A stretch of DNA of 64,000 nt from a virus. Lineage: Duplodnaviria; Caudoviricetes. The notes under the pieces were generated by a model, which had not been told where the DNA came from, made no database searches, and was given only the letters and a program-made list of their open reading frames with translations. The translations under genes and the position numbers were made by a program. Positions 1 through 9,626 of this stretch are shown here, in pieces. Position 1 is the first letter of the stretch, and the number at the start of each line of letters is the position of its first letter. The stretch covers positions 1-64,000 of IMG/VR virus record IMGVR_UViG_2772190776_000003; one strand, written 5' to 3'.

Positions 1-428
1 GCATTCCTCTCTCTTTGGTGCTGAATCAATGCGGCAAAATTCAAACTGGGTATTGGCGATGGTCGCTCAGTTCTCACGGGAATCTGCCAAGATTCTTTGG
101 CCAACTATAGGAGCATGCTATTTCGCTTCATGTAGTAAAAATTCGATTTCAAGGGGCTGCACCCATAACTTGTGACATATCAAGCACTTCAGCGGCACAT
201 TCACTTTGAAACTTCATTGCCTTGAAGCTTTACCCGCCTCAAGACCATGCCCCGCATGCCACCCAAGCATCGCCATGCTTCAGACAAAGCCTTGTTTCTG
301 AAAACCGTTGTCTGTCTGGGCACAATAACGCCCTGCTCTTGAAGGCGAACCTGTACCGCATACCTGTGCCGTATACGCAGTTGCTCCATTCTGAACTCCA
401 AAAAGACGGGGAATTTGGCGTTTTTTGG

Positions 429-538
429 GGTGCTACAGACGGTGCTACAGACCGCCAAAAATGCCAATGAATTCCAAAGAAACCAATACAAATCAAGAAC
501 TTAAGCCTTATCCACGCATGAGCGTTGCGCCGATGCTG
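429..538 (+). mobile_element. End (att site) of a dusA-targeting integrative element: tandem arm-type repeats plus a replacement dusA 5' end
   Basis: GGTGCTACAGAC occurs twice in tandem (429-452). ATG at 461 reads MPMNSKETNTNQELKPYPRMSVAPML, and RMSVAPML matches the DusA N-terminal motif. The composition shifts at about 530. Confidence 0.7.
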
Positions 539-2456
539 TGCTGTACTGACCACCACGGCTGTACAGGCCACCACCGCCAACAGATACACCGCTGAAGCTG
601 GGGCCAGACTGCGACTCAAACGCGCGGCTGCTTTCATGGTCTGAGCTGTAGCTGCTGGTGGTGGCATCCAGATCCACCAGCTTGACGGTGACTGTCTTGC
701 CCGCGTAGTTGACCGAGCCACGGCCTGACAGGCCGCCCTGCCCGTCATCGACCAGCTGGTGCTGCACCTGGTCTTGCGTCTTGCTCAGGCGCTGGCTGGT
801 CGTGCTGTAGCCACCGTTGCTCTGGCTGATATAGCCATTGCCGTAGCTGGTGGCGTAGCTGCGCTCACTCTTGTTTGCGTTGCCACCGCTGGACTGCGCA
901 CCGCTGCTGGCAGAGACATTGCGCACGGTCATCCAGCGCAGCTCCAGGCTGCCGGGGGCGGGCACGCTGTCCAGCGCAATCGTGGCCCAGCCGCCCGCAT
1001 CTGGGCTGGCAGATACCGACTGGGTCACTTTGGGCGCCCAGCGGTAGCTGATCTGGAACTCGCCACCCGCATCAATCCACGCCGTGGGGCGGATCAGGAT
1101 CTGGCCGCTGGCGTGGTTGACCAGCCCTGTGCCGCCACTGCCCGCCAGCGCAGTGCCACCGCCTGCATCGCTGATGGTTTTGAGCACGCCGCCACTTTCC
1201 CAGCTGACTGCTACGCTGCCGGGCTGCAGGCACTGGTGCTGCAGCTGCAGGGCGTACTCTGGCTGGCGCACTTGGGCCGCGCTGCCGGTGCGGTTGGTAA
1301 AGCCCGTGGTTTCACCCCACTGGAACAGCACCATGCTGCCCACGTCCGGGAAGGCTGGCAGGCTCAGCGCCACGTTGCCGTTGCTGTAGTTGACGGTGCC
1401 CACGGCGTCGCCCTGCAGCTCGCCCTGGCCGTTGTCCTGGCAGGTGTACCACTTGCCCAGGGCGCGAAAGCTCACCACCACCGTGCCGGGGCTGGGGAAT
1501 GGGCGCAAGATGGTGGTCCAGCTGTAGCCACGGTTTTCCTGCGTCACGGTAAAGCGCTGGGTGTGCGGGGCCACGGCCACGGTGACTTCACGCGGGCCAG
1601 TGGCCAGCGTGATGCTGCGCAGTGCAGCCGGGCGCTGGTCCAGGCTGATGGTCTCGCTGCGGCTGCTGGGCACCAGCTGGGTGTAGATGCTGGCCACCTT
1701 GATCTGGCGCGAAGGGTCGCCCAGCTCGTAAGCCGCCGTCAGCGTGCTGGCTCCGTAAAAGCGCATGGCATCAGCCACGGTGGTGTCGCGCAGCTTGGCA
1801 GCCCCGGCATCAGCAGTAAACATGCGGTTAGGCTCGCTGCCTTTGAACGCATGGCTCAGGCGCGGGGAGATGTCGCAGGTGGACACCAGCGCCTGGTAGT
1901 CCTTCACCTCAGCGCCCTGCATATAGGAGAAGGTGCGCTCCACGGTCTCCGTGCGGCGAATGCGCACGAACTGGGCGCGCTCCGTGGGCTGGCCTTCGTC
2001 TTGCACAATCACCAGCGTGGCCCCAATGTTGGGGGCCGCCGTGCCAACGCGGTGGAAGATCTGGATGTTGCCCTGATTGGCCACGTGATTGCCCAGCAAA
2101 ATGCCGCTCCAGACCGTGCCCGCAATCTGGTAGTCCGCAATGGCCTTGGCAATCTGGGTGCGGGTGGCGAACATGTCACAGGCGGCCAGCGTTACGCTCA
2201 CATTGGGGTCTGTGGGCATCTGGTCAATGATGATGTTGGCATCCAGCAGCGGGTCGGTGCTGCCCGTCTGCACGGCCGCATGCAGCTGGCGGATGCTCAC
2301 CTGGCCGCCAGCGCGTGCCACTTCGGTCACATCGTCAAAAATCTGGTTGCTCTTGCCCCACTCCACCACTTGCCCGGTGGGGCCGCCACCGCCTTCGGGC
2401 ACGTCGTCCATCACTTTGGACTTGAGCAGCTTGATGTCACCGTCTTGAATGGCCAT
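501..2456 (-). pseudogene. Phage tail tip/fibre protein, probably 3'-truncated at the att junction
   Basis: Follows the tape measure and distal tail genes. The last residues (QRSCVDKA) are encoded by the att/dusA sequence. Confidence 0.65.
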
Positions 2457-2472
2457 TGCGTTCTCTCTCGCT

Positions 2473-2856
2473 TCAAACAGTCAACAGTCGCAGCGTGGCG
2501 ACGTAAGGGTGGGTGCTGGCAGGCAGCTCAGGGCGGCTGATGGGCCGCGCAGAAATGGGCTCATCTGGCGCAAACTGCACAGTGAACTCACGGCCATCGG
2601 CCAGCTTCAGCAGGTACTGGCCTGCGGGGTCATCTGCCAGCGCCTGCACGGCCAGCAAAGTGGCACGGCGTATCCAGCCGTGGTTTTCTGTGGCCTCCAG
2701 CGTGATGGGGCGGCCAGCCAGCTTGGCGGCGGCATCAATCACCTGTGCGCCGGTGATGCTGCGCTCTACGCTTTTTTGCACGGCAGACCAGTCAAACTCA
2801 TCCGTCCACAACATGCCGCGTGGCAGCTCAATGCCTGCCAGAAAATGCCCCGCCAT
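2473..2856 (-). CDS. Phage distal tail protein
   Basis: 127 aa, coupled to the tape measure gene, WTDEFDWSAV motif typical of minor tail proteins. Confidence 0.7.
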   Translation of the reverse strand: MAGHFLAGIELPRGMLWTDEFDWSAVQKSVERSITGAQVIDAAAKLAGRPITLEATENHGWIRRATLLAVQALADDPAGQYLLKLADGREFTVQFAPDEPISARPISRPELPASTHPYVATLRLLTV

Positions 2857-5800
2857 CAGAACCGCCCCCCTGCCATTTGTGCGCCACGCTCCAGCTGCTC
2901 AAACAGCGCATTGAGTGCATCGCTGCTGGCGCTGTCTGCCACATGGATGCCCAGCACATCGCCCCCAGGCAGCGCAATTTCGTGCCGGATGATTTGCTGC
3001 ACCTGCTGCGCGCCCCAGCCTTGCTGCTGCTCGGGCTGCGGCTGGCCAGTGGGCTGCTGGCGCATTTCTGCCAGCAGATCGCGGTTGCTGGGGCCTGTGT
3101 CTGCGCTGGCCAATTGCTCGCGCCGTGCCTGGTTCTGGCGCTCCAGCTCGTCACGCTCAGACTGGCGGCGCTGTTCATCCTCATCTTTGCGGATGCGCTC
3201 TTGCACCTTCTCCAGCTCGCGGTCATAGACCCACTTGCCCTGGCGCTGTGCTTTGCGCAGGCGCTCGGCTTCTTCTTCGGTGGCCCCCCGGGGCACCGCG
3301 GGGCTTTGCGATGTGCGCCCGGGTTTGTTGCCGGGTGCTGGTTTGGTGTCGCTGCCGGGCTGCTTGTCAGGTGCAGGCTTGTTCTCGGCGGCTTGCTGCT
3401 GATAGCGCAGGCGCTGCTGCTCGGCTTTGGCCCAGGCTTGCATTGAACGGTCTGCAGACTTTTCTGCCGCGTCTGCTGCTTTTTCAAACGCCAGGGCAAT
3501 TTCACGCGGGGTGGCGGTGCCGCTGTCGCGAATGGCCTCATAGGCTTTGCGGGCAGTCTCTGCCGTACGCAGCAGCGATTCATCTGACACCACACCCAGC
3601 TGGCGCATGGCTTCCTGCACGCTCTGGATGCCGGGGGTGGAGTCTTCCAGCGCCGTCTTGAGCTCACGCGCCTTGGCGGCAGCCTGGTCCAGCAGGCCAT
3701 CAGCCACCTCATCACCGAGTTTTGCACGCAGCTCTTCAATCTTCCCTTTGAGCGCCTCCACTGCCTGCTGGCTGTCTGCCGTGTTGATAGCTTTGCTCAA
3801 GCTGACCTGCAGGGCCCGGGCTGCGTCTACGCCCTGCGCTTGCAGGCGCTCCATGCTTGCTGCAATGGCGTCCACATCATTGATAGCGCTGCGGCTGGCC
3901 GCACCAATCTTGCCCTGCAGCACATCAAAATCCAGCCCCGTGCGCAGCACAGCCTGGTGCACCACGGCATCCATCACCTGCGCCAGGCGCTCAGCCTCAC
4001 GCGCGCCGCCTTGCAGCGCTGTCTGGGCATTCACGGCAAATACGCCCAGGTCGATCTTTTCCAGCGCACCCTGCCATGCCTGGGCAAATTGCTCGGCAGT
4101 GATCTGGCCATCTGCCTGCAGCTTGTCCAGCACGGCAGCGGCGTTCTGGATGCCTGCTTTGCCAGACAGGTCAAAGCCCTCACCAATCTTGGCCAGCGCC
4201 TCATCCACCCGCTTGCCCTCGCGCACCATGCCCTGGAAGGTGGCAATCAGGCCCTGTCCCTCTTTGCTCAGGCCAAAGCTGGCATTGCGTGACTCCTCTA
4301 GTGCCTGAGAAATTCTCTTATTTGCTTGGGCAACTTCTTCAGCCACTTTCGCCTGGTAGCTAGAAACCTCAGCAGCTCGTCGCTGCTCCTCCTCAAACTC
4401 TTTTAACTGCCTACCTGCTGCAGTAAAAGACTTCCCCCACTCGACAACGCTGCGGATGCCGCTTTCAATCTCGCTGCGAAATAAAACAAGATTAGCGACG
4501 AGACCAACCCAGCCCCCTGCAAAACCCACCACAGCGCGTCCCACAGAGCCAAGCCCTTTGCCAAGCATGCCAGCGGCACCAGCACCTCCCTTCATGGCAG
4601 CTGTAGCTGCCTGCTGTGCCTTGGTGGCCTTCCCCCCAAAGATGGCCGCATTTTTGGCATTGCGCGCCAGCTCTGCCTGAATGAATGCCGATGTTTTGGC
4701 CGCAGCCGCCTGCGCACCCATGGCTGCTGCGCTTGCGCCCACGGCCGCAGCATTGGCCTTTTGCACAGCCGTGTTGGCAGCGGTGGCCACGGTGTTGGCT
4801 TCCATGGCCTGCGTGGCAGCCAGCGTTTTGGTGGCCCAGGCGCCAAAGTCGCTGGCCAGCTGGGCAATCTTCAGGGCTGCCCACAGCTTGCCTGCGGTCT
4901 GCAGCGCGTTGATCAGGGTGTCAATGTTCTCGGCCAGGTAGTTGATGGCCTTGGCTGCGTTCTCCGTGCTCAGCAAGCCAGCATCTGCGCTGCCCACGTA
5001 CAGCATCCACTGGGTGCGCAGGTTTTCCAGCGCACGGCCCACGGTGGCAGGCAGCTTGCCAAACTCGTTGGCCACCACGTCAGCCTGACCCTGCAGGGCT
5101 TTGGTGACCACTTCTGTGGTCAGTGCCCCCTCACCCGCCAGCTTGCGCAGCTCACCCGTGGTCACACCCAGCCCATCTGCCATGGCCTTGGCCAGGCGTG
5201 GGGCCTGCTCCATGACACTGTTGAACTCTTCGCCACGCAGCACGCCAGACTGCAAGCCCTGGATGAGCTGGGTGATGGCTGCATCAGACGCCTGCGCGCT
5301 GGCACCTGACAGCTGCACGGCCTGGTTGATGGTCTCCGTGAGCGCCATGGCCTGCTGCGCAGCAGCTTGGGCACTCTGGCCTGCAGACTTGCCTGCATCG
5401 GTCAGCCGCGCAAACAGCGTGGCGGTGCTGCTGAGGCTGCTGTAAGTGGCTTGCGCCACGCGGGACACCTGCTCCCACGACTGGGCAAACAGCTGCCCCT
5501 CCCCCGTGGCCAGCTCTACGCGGGCGCGCAGGTTCTTGAATTCGTCCGCGACATCTGCAATCTCTTTGGCTTTGCCAATGGCCCAGCTGCCGCCCAGGGC
5601 CACCATGGCAATGGACTGGATGCGCTGGATCTGCGCGGCAATATCACCCAGCCCGTCTTTGAGTGTGCGCTGCGCGGCCAGCTGCTGGACAGCTGCACCA
5701 GAGGCCGCCGCAGCCGCCTGCTGGTAGGCTGGGGCCATGCGCTGCACTTCTTCACGCTTCTGAGCGATGGCGTTTTTCAGGTTGCGCTCATGAATGTTCA

Positions 5801-6479
5801 GATCCGTGGTGGCCACGCCCAGGCGCTGCATCTGGGCCGTGGCTTCAGCCAGTGCTACGCGTTTTTGCTGCAGTGCGGCCGACACATTGCGCACATTGCT
5901 GACCGCGCCTTTGTACTCTTGCTGCAGCGCAGCTTCTGCGCGTGCGGCCTTTTGCGCTTCACTACCCGCCTGCTGCAGCGCTGCCTTGCGCTGGGTCAGC
6001 TCGGTCTTGGCAGCGGCAATGGCGGCTTTCAGGCCTTCTTCTGCGCGCTTGTAGTCTTCGGTCTTTTTGCCTGCGGCGTCTGTCTCTTTGCGCAGGGTGC
6101 GCAGGGCATTGCGCTTGCTGTCCAAGCTGCGCTTGGCATCGGCCACGGCGGTCTGCGCCTGCTGCTCTGCCTCTGCAAAGGCCTTGGCTGCAGCGGCTTC
6201 GGTCTTGAGCTCAGTGCCCAGGCGCTTGGCATCGTCTTGTGCCTTGCGAAATTCAACGCTCAGATCACGGGTCTGCGTGCCCAGCTCTTTGAAAGACTCC
6301 AGCGCCCGCTGCTTGGCCCCCAGGGCGTCGAGTGCCTCTGCTGCCTCTTTGGCATGCTCAGACAGCTCATCATCCAGCACACCGCTGAGGGCGCGCAGGT
6401 CATTGGCCAGCTCATCAACATTGCGCTGGCCTTTGACTATTGCCTCAATGGCAATCTGGATGGGCTTGGGAGTGGACAT
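2856..6479 (-). CDS. Tail tape measure protein
   Basis: 1207 aa, Ala/Gln-rich, with tape-measure domain QLIQGLQSGVLRGEEFNSVMEQAP. Confidence 0.93.
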   Translation of the reverse strand: MSTPKPIQIAIEAIVKGQRNVDELANDLRALSGVLDDELSEHAKEAAEALDALGAKQRALESFKELGTQTRDLSVEFRKAQDDAKRLGTELKTEAAAAKAFAEAEQQAQTAVADAKRSLDSKRNALRTLRKETDAAGKKTEDYKRAEEGLKAAIAAAKTELTQRKAALQQAGSEAQKAARAEAALQQEYKGAVSNVRNVSAALQQKRVALAEATAQMQRLGVATTDLNIHERNLKNAIAQKREEVQRMAPAYQQAAAAASGAAVQQLAAQRTLKDGLGDIAAQIQRIQSIAMVALGGSWAIGKAKEIADVADEFKNLRARVELATGEGQLFAQSWEQVSRVAQATYSSLSSTATLFARLTDAGKSAGQSAQAAAQQAMALTETINQAVQLSGASAQASDAAITQLIQGLQSGVLRGEEFNSVMEQAPRLAKAMADGLGVTTGELRKLAGEGALTTEVVTKALQGQADVVANEFGKLPATVGRALENLRTQWMLYVGSADAGLLSTENAAKAINYLAENIDTLINALQTAGKLWAALKIAQLASDFGAWATKTLAATQAMEANTVATAANTAVQKANAAAVGASAAAMGAQAAAAKTSAFIQAELARNAKNAAIFGGKATKAQQAATAAMKGGAGAAGMLGKGLGSVGRAVVGFAGGWVGLVANLVLFRSEIESGIRSVVEWGKSFTAAGRQLKEFEEEQRRAAEVSSYQAKVAEEVAQANKRISQALEESRNASFGLSKEGQGLIATFQGMVREGKRVDEALAKIGEGFDLSGKAGIQNAAAVLDKLQADGQITAEQFAQAWQGALEKIDLGVFAVNAQTALQGGAREAERLAQVMDAVVHQAVLRTGLDFDVLQGKIGAASRSAINDVDAIAASMERLQAQGVDAARALQVSLSKAINTADSQQAVEALKGKIEELRAKLGDEVADGLLDQAAAKARELKTALEDSTPGIQSVQEAMRQLGVVSDESLLRTAETARKAYEAIRDSGTATPREIALAFEKAADAAEKSADRSMQAWAKAEQQRLRYQQQAAENKPAPDKQPGSDTKPAPGNKPGRTSQSPAVPRGATEEEAERLRKAQRQGKWVYDRELEKVQERIRKDEDEQRRQSERDELERQNQARREQLASADTGPSNRDLLAEMRQQPTGQPQPEQQQGWGAQQVQQIIRHEIALPGGDVLGIHVADSASSDALNALFEQLERGAQMAGGRF

Positions 6480-6575
6480 GGGTGCAAGAAAGTCAACGGT
6501 TTGCGCTGCAGCTGATCAGCCGCACTGCAAACCGCCCCGGCACGGGGCCGGGATGGTTTGACGGGTTGAAGGGCT

Positions 6576-7385
6576 TCAGGAGACGACCACGGGGCGGCCA
6601 TCGCAGTAGATGGCTTCGCCATTGGCGGGCTTGAGGGCTTCCAGGCCAAACTCCATGGCCACCACATCTGTGCCCTCAGCAATCAAGGGCAAGTCACCGT
6701 TAGGGGTCAGCGTGACCTTGGGCAGATACCAGTCGCGGTTGCCGCCTGCGGCGTTGTCAGACACCACGCGCAGCGCACCGGTCAGCTCTGCCTTGGCGCC
6801 AGACTTGACGGACTCAAACGCGCCCGCCACGGTCTTGTAGCCAAACTGCACCGTGGTTTCGGCCGTGATGGCACCGCCTTCAATGATCTGCACGCGGCCG
6901 GTGGCGGTGTCCACGTTGTAGTCCTTGCCTGCCACCAGCGCCTGGCCTTGCGCGCCGCCATCGTCCAAGTGCACGGTGATGTCCGTCACATTGCGCACGC
7001 CCAGGGGGTTTTCTGCGGTAGCGCCCAGCTGGTACTGGCGGCCGGGCAGCACCTTGCGCTTTTCGCCGGTGACGGTCTGCGCGGCCTGGGTCTTTTTCTC
7101 CACCGTACCGGCCAGCCACAGGGCTGCGTTCTGGGGAGAAAAGTTGTCGCACGACAGTGTGCCGGTGCGCGAGACTTCCACAATCCAGCTGCCGTCTTTC
7201 TCGCGCAGGCCAGACTGGCTGCTGTAGTGGTCGGTCTTTTCGGTGCTGATGGTCAGCGACACGCCGGGGCAGTTGCCCAGGTCAATTTCGCCCGTGAGCT
7301 GCTCGCTGGCGTTGTAGGGGTCAAAGTACACACGACCGCGTGGGATCAGGTACTGGTTGGTGGTGTGGTTAATAGGCATATCCAA
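6576..7385 (-). CDS. Major tail tube protein
   Basis: GRVYF...LGNCP N-terminus, position upstream of the TMP, resembles the tube gene at 50575-51369. Confidence 0.8.
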   Translation of the reverse strand: MDMPINHTTNQYLIPRGRVYFDPYNASEQLTGEIDLGNCPGVSLTISTEKTDHYSSQSGLREKDGSWIVEVSRTGTLSCDNFSPQNAALWLAGTVEKKTQAAQTVTGEKRKVLPGRQYQLGATAENPLGVRNVTDITVHLDDGGAQGQALVAGKDYNVDTATGRVQIIEGGAITAETTVQFGYKTVAGAFESVKSGAKAELTGALRVVSDNAAGGNRDWYLPKVTLTPNGDLPLIAEGTDVVAMEFGLEALKPANGEAIYCDGRPVVVS

Positions 7386-7401
7386 TCCCTATGTGTGATG
7401 G

Positions 7402-7821
7402 TCACTGCTGACCGTTGAAAACAGAGGTGGTGGTGAACGTCAGCTCAAAGCCAATGAGCGCTACATCCACAACATCCACTGGCAGCACGCGGACCAGCTT
7501 CAGCTCAGTCCATGCGCGGCTGGCAACCGGGCGCCAGTTATGCAGCGCGGCAATGACGGCCTCGATCACGCCATCCAGCACATCTGCCGCATCGCTGGAG
7601 CGTTTGCTCACCAGCACAACCTGCCATTCGGGCTGCAGCTGCACCGAGCGCTGGTTGCCACTGGGCACAGAGGCACCACCCATGCGCACATCGACTGCAG
7701 GCACCGGGCGGCGATCCGCATCGTCAGTCCCTGTGCGCACGGCCCAGCCAGTGAGCGCAGGCAGCTCCCGCAGACGCTGGGCCATCAGCTTTTCAAGCGC
7801 CAGCATCTGTGGCTCCTTCAA
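7402..7821 (-). CDS. Tail terminator (Gp37-like)
   Basis: 139 aa, ALHNWRP motif, position before the tail tube. Confidence 0.65.
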   Translation of the reverse strand: MKEPQMLALEKLMAQRLRELPALTGWAVRTGTDDADRRPVPAVDVRMGGASVPSGNQRSVQLQPEWQVVLVSKRSSDAADVLDGVIEAVIAALHNWRPVASRAWTELKLVRVLPVDVVDVALIGFELTFTTTSVFNGQQ

Positions 7822-8131
7822 AAACGACGGGGAAAGTGGCCCAGCCCGAGGCGTCCGGGATCACGGCACCGCTCACCCGGACTGGCCGGCCATTGACGCA
7901 CAGCCCTGTGCTGCCCTCTGCAATGCCTGGTGCATTGGCTACGCACATGGATACGGCGTAGCGGTCAGCAGTGACCACCTCGGGCATAAAGCCGGTGTCT
8001 GCCTCACGGTCCAGCATCACGCCGAAGGGCGCACCGCCGTTCCAGGTGGCCGTGGCATTGCTCAGCATCTGTGCAACGCCCTGATTGATCAGGGCTTCCA
8101 CGTCAGCAAAAGGCGCAAGCTGCTGCGTCAT
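7793..8131 (-). CDS. Head-tail joining protein
   Basis: Start MTQQLAPF just after the capsid gene, C-terminal PDASGW motif. Confidence 0.6.
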   Translation of the reverse strand: MTQQLAPFADVEALINQGVAQMLSNATATWNGGAPFGVMLDREADTGFMPEVVTADRYAVSMCVANAPGIAEGSTGLCVNGRPVRVSGAVIPDASGWATFPVVFEGATDAGA

Positions 8132-8145
8132 GGCTGCGCCCAGGC

Positions 8146-9186
8146 TTAACCGCGCTTGGCACGCAGCAGCATGCCGGGACGGGTGCACATGAACAGCGGG
8201 TAGCTGTACACCTCGGGACGCACCCAGGCCTGGCGGTCCTTGTCCGGCACGATGAGGGCGTACACGTCCTGGCCGGGCGTGTTCACAAAGGGCAGGAACT
8301 CGGCAGGCGAGAAGCCAGCCTTGAAGGCCTCTGGCGCACCTACGGGGAAGAAGTGGCACTTGTCGCTGCCAATGGCCACCGTGCTCTTGTCATCAGTGCC
8401 ACGGTAGTTGATGAACAGGATGTTGCCGTACTTGAAGGTGCTAAAGGCCTGGCCCACGTCGTTGCGCAGATCGCTGGCTTCCTGCTGGCCCAGGTAGGTG
8501 CTGCGCGTTTCGGGGTTGCCCACCAGGTCATCGAAGAAGTTGTCACCACACAGCGCTGCAGCGTAGGTTTGGCCGGGCAGCCAGGCACCATGGCTGGCAC
8601 GCACCATGGCGCGCACCACTTCATTGCACTTCTTGCGAATCTCACCGCCATCCGCAGTGGCAGATGCCAGGTTGAAGTTGATTTCATCGGGCTGCTTGAT
8701 GTCAAACCCGCTGTACCAGTTGAACAGCTCCGAGCCATCCGCATCCAGCACCTTGCCTTGCACAGCACCCAGGCGCATGTTTTCGTGCGTCAGCTCCATG
8801 GCTGCGCGCAGGCCTGTCTTGCCGTTCATGATGTCGGCCACTTCATCCTGCACGGCCTGCAGCTCACTGGTGGTGCCAAACGCACGAATATTCTGGATTT
8901 CGTGCGCATACAAGGTCTTGCCACGCGCCAGGCGCACGGTGCTGAAGTGCTTGACGCGGCGGCCTTCACCCTGGCCCTCTTCAATGGGTGCGCCACGCTG
9001 CGAGGATTTGATGAGCGAGAGCACACCGCCCTTTTCCTCCACCGTGATGGTGGTGGTGCGGGAGCGATCGGGCGTAAAAATGCCCATCTGGCCCAGCAGC
9101 TGGGGCACATAGGGCGCGCGCTGGATGGCAGCAGACAGCGAGGTCATGCTGAACTCATCACGATTAAAAATTGCAAGATCTGCCAT
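8146..9186 (-). CDS. Major capsid protein (lambda gpE family)
   Basis: 346 aa, ends YPLFMCTRP, follows the decoration protein. Confidence 0.9.
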   Translation of the reverse strand: MADLAIFNRDEFSMTSLSAAIQRAPYVPQLLGQMGIFTPDRSRTTTITVEEKGGVLSLIKSSQRGAPIEEGQGEGRRVKHFSTVRLARGKTLYAHEIQNIRAFGTTSELQAVQDEVADIMNGKTGLRAAMELTHENMRLGAVQGKVLDADGSELFNWYSGFDIKQPDEINFNLASATADGGEIRKKCNEVVRAMVRASHGAWLPGQTYAAALCGDNFFDDLVGNPETRSTYLGQQEASDLRNDVGQAFSTFKYGNILFINYRGTDDKSTVAIGSDKCHFFPVGAPEAFKAGFSPAEFLPFVNTPGQDVYALIVPDKDRQAWVRPEVYSYPLFMCTRPGMLLRAKRG

Positions 9187-9215
9187 GGTGTTTCACCTCT
9201 TTCTTTCCGGCGCGA

Positions 9216-9596
9216 TCAGCGCGCCACAATGCCTGCCTGAGCCAGCTGGGCCAGCGCGGCGGTTTTTTGTTGCTCGGCAATGCCTGCTGGCCAGAGCAGC
9301 GCATGGGCGGCCACTTCGGCATCACGGGCGGTAATCACGCCGGGCTTTTCACCCAGGGTGGCGTCCACTTCCGCAAACAGCACGGCCGCAGCGGTCTGGC
9401 TGCCGTCAGGGGTCTCGTCCTCTCCACTGCCTTTTGTGGGGGCCAGGGGCACGTAGTGGCCGGTGGCAGTCACCTTGCCCAGCACGGTGCCTGGCAGGGC
9501 ATGCACACCTTTGGCAATGGTCACCACGTCACGAGAACGGGTGCCATTGGCTTCGCTCACCAGGTAGCTGGCAGCGCTCGGGGTCTTTACAAACAT
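9216..9596 (-). CDS. Head decoration protein D
   Basis: GTVLGKVTATG...DGSQTAAAVL motifs. Confidence 0.88.
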   Translation of the reverse strand: MFVKTPSAASYLVSEANGTRSRDVVTIAKGVHALPGTVLGKVTATGHYVPLAPTKGSGEDETPDGSQTAAAVLFAEVDATLGEKPGVITARDAEVAAHALLWPAGIAEQQKTAALAQLAQAGIVAR

Positions 9597-9626
9597 GGTT
9601 TGCGCTCCTTTTTTGTCAGCAGTCGC

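Noticed and set aside
2-175. Open frame at the left window edge
   Set aside because: It is too short and featureless to call.
201-748. Short ORFs 201-491, 222-470 and 239-748
   Set aside because: They span the att region and the tail gene and have no recognisable motifs.
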